Shown: in pieces, positions 56,023 to 64,000 of the stretch | Numbering within the stretch: the stretch's first letter is position 1 | Layout: each line of letters begins with the position of its first letter | Notes under the pieces: generated by a model | The model's database searches: none | Told to the model about the DNA's origin: nothing | What the model saw: the letters and a program-made list of their open reading frames with translations, nothing else | From: Octopus vulgaris | Lineage: Eukaryota | Direction: 5' to 3' | NCBI GenBank assembly: GCA_951406725.2 | Contig: OX597817.1 | Location: forward strand, 38,130,001-38,194,000 | Length of the DNA stretch: 64,000 bases | Translations under genes and position numbers: made by a program

Positions 56023-56429
56023 TCTTTTACTTGTTTCAGTCGCTGGACCATAGCCATGCTGGTGCACAAGCTTTGAGGGGTTCAGTCGAACAAATCAAGT
56101 CTGATACTTATTCTATCTGTGTTTTATGCCAGGTTTTATGCTAAGTTTTATGCTAAGTTACCGGGCTGTAAACCATCCAATGCCAGTTGTCAAATGGTGG
56201 AGGGAACAAACACAATACAAACACAAAGATACACACACATACACACACACACACACACACCACACAAACACGCACGCGCGCGCGCGACAGGCTTCCCAGT
56301 TTCCGTCAGCCAACTTCACTCACAAAGTTTTCGTCATATAGTAGAAGAAACTTGTCCAAGGTGCCACGAAGTCAGACTGAAACCTAAACTACATGGTTGT
56401 AAAGTGAGCTTAGCTATTGAGCCATACCT
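56023..56429 (-). mobile_element. Diverged SINE family A copy
   Basis: tcttttacttgtttcagtc...cttgtccaaggtgccacgaagtcagactgaaacc. Confidence 0.8.
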
Positions 56430-56759
56430 GGTTATTATTATTTCTTTTATTTTTGCTTTTTTATGTGTATTGGAAAGGCCCGTTTCAATTTTCTAATTTC
56501 CTGCCGCTCCTCAGTTTCGTTAGTAATCTCAACAATTTTAAGGTTGAGTCAGTCAGATAGCTTTTGGACACCGTGTTACAATCTGAGTCTCATATGATAC
56601 CACTGTATATTTCAATGATCGCTTCCTCATATGGGGAATAAAGAAACAAAGTTTGGTTCCATCTCTGCTGATGCTAATATTTCCAGTTGCTCAGAGTAGT
56701 GTCTTTCTGATATTCTATCTCAATGTCATTAAGTTCTTATCATAAACAGCTCAGAAAAA

Positions 56760-57150
56760 AGTCTGTGTAGTTGAGAAGTTCGCTTTTCAATCATTTGTTT
56801 GGTTCATTTCCACTGCTCAGCACTCTAGATAAATTTCTATATCCTAGGACCGATCAATGCCTCGTTAGTGAATCTGGTAGGCAGAAACTGTGTGGAAGCC
56901 CGTCGTGCATATATGATTGTGTGTGTATGTATATATGCATGCATGCATATGTGTGTGCCTTTGTGCTTGCGTTTGACAATAGTTTGGTTTGTTTACGTCC
57001 CCGTAACTTATTGGTTCAACAAAAGAGACCAATAGAATAAGTACCAGACTTTTAAAAAAAATTAAGTACTGGGGTCGACTTTTTCCTACTGAACTCTTCA
57101 AAGCGGTGCCCCAGCATAGTCGCACTTTAATGTTTAAAACAAGTAAAGAT
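56760..57150 (+). mobile_element. Diverged SINE family A copy
   Basis: ...gaaactgtgtggaagcccgtcgt...gtttacgtccccgtaactta...gcggtgccccagcat...aaacaagtaaagataag. Confidence 0.8.
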
Positions 57151-57301
57151 AAGTATTAGAGTATAAATTCCTTTCAGTGTTTATTGAATACTGTTTGATA
57201 GATACAGTTCTATATTTAAGAGATGAGGAATTATGTACATTATATATATTATTTACATTATTTACATTCGACGGATATTTGTCCTCATCTTGTTTGTTGT
57301 T

Positions 57302-57347
57302 AACACAACGTTTCAGCTGATATACCCTCCTGTCTTCTTCAGGTGTC
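57302..57347 (-). ncRNA. Second minimal type-I hammerhead ribozyme copy (stem II partly mismatched)
   Basis: Minus strand GACAC-CTGAAGA-AGACAG-GAGGGTATAT-CAGCT-GAAACGTT-GTGTT. Confidence 0.6.
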
Positions 57348-58174
57348 TTGGGGAAAGTTCGAACTTGTGTTCTCATTCCTAAGGTATTTTTCGATGTATA
57401 TTATTATTATTGTTATTGTTCAGGTCACTGCTTGGAATCGAACAATGAATCTAAGACAATGAGCTTTCTTATGAAGTCTAAACTATCTTAAACGAACCGA
57501 TGAGTATTCTTTTACTGGTGGCCATGCTTGTATTTCAACCTGGACACATCTCCAAAATTTCTTTGATGTTTCACCATTAATTTGAGATGATATGTTGTGA
57601 TAAGTACGAAATGTTGCCTTGAAAGACAGGTCATTCAGTAAGAGTTTTCCTCACTAAAACTGGATGGTAGTGAATGAAATATCGGTAAATTACCGAAGCG
57701 AAACTCTATGGAAAGATATATAAATAAGGTAGTTAATGAGACTTAAACATCCTGATATACGTGTCTGAAATTGTATTAATAATTCACTGCAAGGAACTGA
57801 AATAACACAGACAGAATATAGATAACAATTTTGTGTCAGGATAATTCTGTACAGGGAAAAACCAAAATTGTATCGCTTCGGAAATATCCCCTACGTTTCA
57901 TAAATCCCCGTAATTATAAAATGTAATACAGCTAATAAATTCATTACATATCAGAAACGAATAAAAGGAAAATTTCCAAAAGTATTTTCGGCTGATATAC
58001 CCTCCAGCCTTCTCCAGGTGCCTTGGGGAAATGTCGAACTTGTGTTCTCATTCCTTAACCACTACGCCATAATCCCGAGTTCGATTCCAAGCAGTGACCT
58101 GAACAATAACAATAATAATAATATATATCGAAAAATACCTTAGGAATGAGAACACAGGTTCGAACTTACCCCAA

Positions 58175-58220
58175 GACACCTGAAGATGGCTGGAGGGTAT
58201 ATCAGCCGAAACGTAGTGTT
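58175..58220 (+). ncRNA. Minimal type-I hammerhead ribozyme (Penelope-type)
   Basis: Stem I GACAC/GTGTT; core CTGAAGA (58180-58186) plus one extra nt; stem II GGCTG/CAGCC; GAAA (58208-58211); palindromic ACGT in place of helix III; predicted cleavage triplet GUA, cut after 58215. Confidence 0.75.
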
Positions 58221-58669
58221 AACAACAAATAAGACGAAGACAAATATCCGTCGAATGTAAATAATGTAAATAATGTACTGTTTGATAGAATCTAATAGTT
58301 TGTTAATATTGGTTAATATTGAACTTTAAAAAAGTTCCGGTGGCCTACAAAGAAATTATGATAGATATTTCTAATTTTGTTGAATCGGTTTCTATATCAT
58401 ATTATGGGAGCAGGTATGTTAATAAATTTGACGACAAAGCAAGGAGCACCACTTATAAACTATCTCCCTGCATGATGCATTTTGATTATATATGATGTTA
58501 GATTCAATGAGTGTGTTCTCAACTGCCAGAAGTAAGGCGAGGTACTGTACCTTAATTTTGTGCTCAATAACAGTTTCTATTTGTTGTGAGATTCTGGTTA
58601 ATTATAAAGCTTTGTTCATCTACGCGTTGCCATGCTATAAAGGTCTTTCTGTTAACCTATGCACAAAAC

Positions 58670-58990
58670 TGGCATTCCGTCGGTTACGACGACGAGTGCT
58701 CCTGTTGATGTATCAATGGAACAGCCTGCTCGTGAAATTAATGCGCAAGTGGCTGAACACTCCACAGACACGTGTATCCTTAACGTAGTTCTCAGGGAAA
58801 TTCAGCGTGATACAGAGTGTGACAAGGCTGGCCCTTTGAATTACAGGTACTACTCATTTTTACCAGCTGAGTGGACTGGAGCAATGTGAAATAGTGTCTT
58901 GCTCAAAGGCACAATGCGCCGCTGAGAATCAAACTCACGACCTTACAATCGTGAGTCGAATACCCTAACCACTAAGCCACGAGCCTTCGC
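58670..58990 (-). mobile_element. tRNA-derived SINE sharing its 3' half with family C but with a different head and middle
   Basis: ccgtcggttacgacgacgag...gaacagcctgctcgtgaaatt...ggccctttgaa is shared with 46899-47070. Minus-strand head GAAGGCTCGTGGCTTAGTGGTTAGGG...GAGTTTGATTCTC. Confidence 0.88.
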
Positions 58991-59148
58991 AATCTCTCCA
59001 TAGCACAATCAAATTCCTCTGATTTTCACTGTTTTCTTCAATAATCATTTTCTTAATCTAATGTATACAATTCCGTGCCTTCTTCCTACCCCGAGGTTAC
59101 TCAGGTGTTGCAATATCATTATTACAAAAAGATGGTTGAAGCACCCAA

Positions 59149-59216
59149 CTATATATTTTATAGACTCTATATATTTTATAGACTCTATATATTTTATAGA
59201 CTCTATATATTTTATA
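59149..59216. repeat. 18-bp tandem repeat, about 3.8 copies (CTATATATTTTATAGACT)
   Basis: Direct reading; explains the KYIESI repeat in ORF 59045-59275. Confidence 0.95.
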
Positions 59217-59549
59217 CACGATGTTCTAGAAAGGTATTCGACAGCAATTTTTAACCAAATGGTTTCAGAAGACATACATTCAGTTGATCAAATCCTTCAT
59301 ACCAATATCATATTATAAATTCTAGACTGTTAGATGATTTCTTCAGAACTTTTAATAACAAACACAAGTACTGTGTCATTTCTTATTCTGATTTCGTTTA
59401 ACATGTTTCCTCACTGTAGTTCTTCCATCTATTCAGACTGTTTTACAAGCTTGTTATTTTTACCCACATAAGTTTCCAATTGTCTGAAAGCGTATTTTCT
59501 ACTCAGTTGTCTCTTACTATTATGTGCCACGTATTAAGTAGTTACGATA

Positions 59550-60170
59550 GATCTTGTAGTTATTGTATTGTATTTCATTTCGTATAAGTTCGTGTTTCAG
59601 TTTCTATAGTTTAATATCCAATCTATCAATGTTACGACCACAAAATACTTTTGGAAATTTTCCTTTTATTCGTTTCTGATATGTAATGAATTTATTAGCT
59701 GTATTACATTTTATAATTACGGGGATTTATGAAACGTAGGGGATATTTCCGAAGAGATACAATTTTGGTTTTTCCCTGTACAGAATTATCCAGACACAAA
59801 ATTGTTATCTATATTCTGTCTGTGTTATTTCAGTTCCTTGCTGTGAATTATTAATACAATTTCAGACACGTATATCAGGATGTTTAAGTCTCATTAACTA
59901 CCTTATTTATATATCTTTCCATAGAGTTTCGCTTCGGTAATTTACCGATATTTCATTCACTACCATCCAGTTTTAGCGAGGAAAACTCTTACTGAATGAC
60001 CTGTCTTTCAAGGCAACATTTCGTACTTATCACAACATACCATCTCAAATTAATGGTGAAACATCAAAGAAATTTTGGAGATGTGTCCAGGCTGAAATAC
60101 AAGCATGGCCACTAGTAAAAGAATGCTCATCGGTTCATTTAAGATAGTTTAAACTTCATAAGAAAGCTCA
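59550..60170 (-). pseudogene. Putative Polinton/Maverick minor capsid (penton) gene relic
   Basis: Starts MSFL. Frameshifted DKYE/VALKDRSFSKSF resembles the penton G.WEVAL.EI.YP.SW motif. Later PVIIKCN...PKVFCGRNIDRLDIKL. Motif match from memory only. Confidence 0.4.
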
Positions 60171-60179
60171 TTGTCTTAG

Positions 60180-61175
60180 ATTCATGTCGAAACCTCTTGC
60201 ATAGGAAAAGCATACAATCGTAACCTGTTTCTAGCATTAATGATACTACAACTTACTTCAATCCTGCTGTTGGCATTAACGTTGTTATTATACCCTGTAT
60301 CACTATCTGGTGTATTATGATGGACAGGATTATGAGTCTATGTTCAATTGGAGGTAATATGGAGTAATTTAATACATTTTGCTTCTTGAGATGCTTTGGA
60401 TAAAAGTCAAGTTCCATAGATGTTTCAGTTTCGGTATAAAACAATGAGGTGTAGACTCATACTTCGTACAATCCTTATAAAATTCTTTACTGTTAAAGAT
60501 GTAACTCGACTTTATATTTTGATCGATATGACAAAAAATGTTTTCCTGGATAAGGTAGAGATTTATATTCAATACCTCAAATTCATCCTGTGAATATTCT
60601 TTACTTGATTGCCATTTTCATAATGAGAACTTGAAATGATGTGCTTTTAATAACTAAAATTTCCTGGCAACGTACAAATTGCAATCACCTATGGCCTATG
60701 TATCCAGATTTTAGTATGTTAAATCAAACTTACCAGGATCAAACTGCATGTTCATCAATTTACCTGTTTATTGCATTTCTATGGAGTTTCGAAATCTTAA
60801 TAAAGAAAACTTTTTGAATTGATGACTCGGGATTTATTTCACTTACCTTTTAAGGGACTGGAGTATATGGATTGCTTTTATTGTCAAACAATGATCTATT
60901 TTGTAAAGTTCGGAAGTTGTTGCCCTGTAAAATGTTTTAGGAATGTTGTTGTTTTATGTGATTTGCTTTTGTTTTTTGTTTTTGTTTTACTTCCATTAAT
61001 TTCTCCAGTCGCCCTGGTTCCTATTCTATACCATTTTTTCGTTATCATTTTTCACGAGTCCCTGCGTCCAAGAATTTTTTTTAATTTTTTATTTTGGCCT
61101 CCATCTCTGAGACATATTTAGGTTACATGCGCGCACGCATATAGATACACTGATGCGTGCGCGCGTGCAGCCTAA

Positions 61176-61206
<31 letters not shown>

Positions 61207-61355
61207 ATAATAAATAAGGGCAACACGAAAAAAAATTTCTCTGCTAAAGAAATTTTTTCCTTTTTTCCCTTATCTATAATAGCATTTATAATTTTCACGT
61301 TAAAAGGTATTATTCATTTGCTGGCCACTCATAAAATTTTATCCTTATTTTAGAA

Positions 61356-61407
<52 letters not shown>

Positions 61408-61506
61408 ATACACATACATACATACATACATACATACGTACGTACATACATACATACATACATACATACATACATACATACATACATACATACATACATA
61501 CATACA

Positions 61507-61537
<31 letters not shown>

Positions 61538-62020
61538 GTATATACGTACACACGCGCGCGTTCATATTCTGTATTGCTGAGATAAATTGATTTGGTTTCA
61601 TGTCAGTCTTCAAGAAAGAGAATTTGGAGCCAGTTCAAATTTCGGAGTTCTTTCTTAATGAGCTCCAGTAAATCTTGTAGAAATTCAAACTGAAAAGTCT
61701 TGAAGTAATTCATGTGAGGTTTTTTTTTATTCTACACAATACAATTTATATTTGACTGTCAGGGGAGATTCTTGGAGTCACGTTCCCATTGCGAATTAGT
61801 TCTATCTCTACAGATGTGATACAGACATCTAAAGTAGAATGTCCCTGATTTCGTAGAAGATCACGAGTCCTATAAGCATGATTGTCTGGGAAGTAAATCT
61901 GGTATTCTGTATATTGATAGACATATTGGGACTTTCCTGAGATTACGTGAACTTCCTAGCAATTTGAGGTTTTTAAGATTTAAATAATTCAAAAGAATTA
62001 TATACGCATGTTGAATTTAG
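60180..62020 (-). pseudogene. Putative Polinton/Maverick major capsid (double jelly-roll hexon) gene relic, split by microsatellites
   Basis: Motifs in the expected order: CVYNSFELFKS*KPQIA, ITSVEIELIRNG, QDLLEL..ILFLED, IGDCNLYVARK, IQENIF..FNSKEFYKD..TPHCF, TPDSDTGYNNNVNANSRIEV. Many stops and frameshifts. Confidence 0.5.
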
Positions 62021-62049
62021 CTAATTTCTGTCTTCCCAAGATTTTCTTC

Positions 62050-62675
62050 AAATGTTGTAGCATTGCAGAAGACATCTGGTGGTGATAAGTCGTACGACTG
62101 TACATGAGATAACACTGAGGTTTAAGGACGGCATAAGGACTACCATAAAGTCACTTGGAATGGATCCAGAGGACATAGAAACCCTTGCTGGATGGCGAAC
62201 AAAAGTGTGGAGTGGAGCAAAAGCGTTTGAAGAGGCCAGGATAACGCATGCAAGACTCAAGAGAGATTTAAGGAAGAATGTTACGATCGAGAAGGTGAAT
62301 CACAACGACATTTTTGTGTGCAAAGTTTGTGACAGATTATTCTTTCTTTTGCTGGGCTCAAATCTCATTTGCTAACCAATGGAAAACGAACCTCCACCAG
62401 CTATTCTGCCTATATGCTTATACACACCTTTCAATGCAATGTATGCCAGAAGGTCTGCAAATCTAACAGAGGCCTCAAAAGATATTTTAAGATCCACAAA
62501 GATCAGAACTTATTTGCAGCTCTTAGTGGACCAAATCGAATATGCAATCTATGTGGATGTCTTTTCAAAACATTGTCTGGTTTGAAAAGCCACATCAAGT
62601 TCCATGACAATTCTAAGATGTAGGTACAGCAGACGGTCAAACTCTACATAATGAGTAGACAACCATCACCATATA
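62050..62675 (+). mobile_element. RTE-clade LINE 3' fragment with three C2H2 fingers and 3' UTR
   Basis: LRFKDGIRTTIKSLGMDPEDIETLAGWRTKVWSGAKAFEEAR (RTE C-terminus), then CKVCDR..SH, CNVCQKVCKSNRGLKRYFKIH and CNLCGCLFKTLSGLKSHIKFH. It ends ...caaccatcaccat followed by a microsatellite. Confidence 0.85.
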
Positions 62676-62696
62676 CTTATATATATATATATATAC

Positions 62697-62728
<32 letters not shown>

Positions 62729-62731
62729 AAA

Positions 62732-62805
<74 letters not shown>

Positions 62806-63359
62806 TACATACGTGCATACCTGTATAGAAACATTTATGTGTGTGCGTACGTGTGTCGAGCACGTACGTCTGCTCATGGTGCATAAGTGATATCAGATGC
62901 AGCTTTTTGTTTTTCGTGTAAAATACCAATGTACTCAATACGTAATTCTCGGAGAAATTTGTAGGAGGCAGCATATAGACGTGTGGGGTGGGTAGGGGAG
63001 GTACGTGTGTGTGCGTGTGAGAGAGAGGAAGAGGTCAGCGAGTCTGTGAGCGCGCGCACCCGTGTATACATTTCGATATGTTAGGTTTCATAATTAGACA
63101 CCTGATGTCGATTGGAATCGAAAACAGCGGATGGTGTTTGGAGATTTTGGAAGTGAAGTTAATAGTAACATTCTAACTTTAATAGCAGCAACAACTAATC
63201 TTAGGTCTTTAGATAGTTGAATACAAATGAAATACATATGTTAAACCTCATTGAATTTATCATCTTCCTTGGTACGTTCCACAAAATCCAGCTACAAAAG
63301 CAACATTCCCGCTGCTACAGATATAAAGATATAAAAAGAAGCACACTATATCACTCTCT

Positions 63360-63458
<99 letters not shown>

Positions 63459-63596
63459 GACAAAAATATGTGGATGAAGTGCAATAGTGGTTCTTGCAGT
63501 AGGATGAGTATAAATTGTACAAAAAATAGAGCATCCAATGTTAGGATAATGGTGCACACACATATATATATAACTATATGTGTGCGGACGTGTGTG

Positions 63597-63640
<44 letters not shown>

Positions 63641-64000
63641 AAATAAATATATATATATTTCGAGTGATGCGAAATTCAGCGTCAAGGTACTTACTGCTCC
63701 TGGTTTCTTATTTGTTGGAGATGATCTTCAGGTAATCTTTCTGGCCGGAATCACTCCATTCCGAAAATCTGAAGACTAATGACTGAACTGCCTATAAATA
63801 TACATATTAATACGCTTTTTGTGAATAAGGCAGTCTGATAGATAGACTGGCAGATAAGAGAAATAATAAATATAAAACCAGAAAGAGGAATGAATATACA
63901 GAGGGAGGGGGGAAGAGAGAGTGAGAGAAAGACAGAGTGAGAGAGAAAGAAAGATAATCAGAAAGGTGTAAAAGAATATGAGAGAAGTGTGAAGAAGATA

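Larger units (their letters stand above)
57203..58275. mobile_element. Composite insertion: inverted copies of a hammerhead-containing SINE-like unit flanking captured local DNA
   Basis: 14-bp direct repeat TACTGTTTGATAGA at 57189-57202 and 58276-58289. Unit copies at 57203-57443 (-), 57986-58069 (-, rearranged) and 58070-58277 (+). Captured segment at 57445-57988. Confidence 0.85.
57445..60185. repeat. 544-bp inverted duplication (57445-57988 is the reverse complement of 59642-60185)
   Basis: Collinear, no indels seen, about 10 substitutions counted by eye. Confidence 0.97.

Overview
Eukaryotic, AT-rich, repeat-saturated non-coding DNA (intergenic or deep intronic). The SINE families and the extreme microsatellite load point to a coleoid cephalopod, most likely Octopus; this is inferred from repeat content, not from a marker gene. 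I can support no intact host protein-coding gene: nearly all ORFs in the track are translated microsatellites. Recognisable content: (1) many tRNA-headed SINEs of at least 3-4 families, several with clean target-site duplications (TSDs); (2) decayed retroelement ORFs: an APE-type LINE, an R4/Dong-like LINE, CR1-like pieces, two RTE 3' ends each with three C2H2 fingers, and a Penelope RT/GIY-YIG relic; (3) a hAT MITE with an 8-bp TSD and two older fold-back elements; (4) an old, unclassified ~200-bp repeat present in about 20 dispersed and tandem copies. The most unusual region is 57.2-62.0 kb. A TSD-flanked ~1.07-kb composite insertion is built from a Pol III (tRNA A/B-box) SINE-like unit carrying a minimal type-I hammerhead ribozyme. 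The unit occurs as three rearranged copies wrapped around a 544-bp inverted copy of nearby DNA. That nearby DNA appears to be a decayed Polinton/Maverick (adintovirus-like) major plus minor capsid module.
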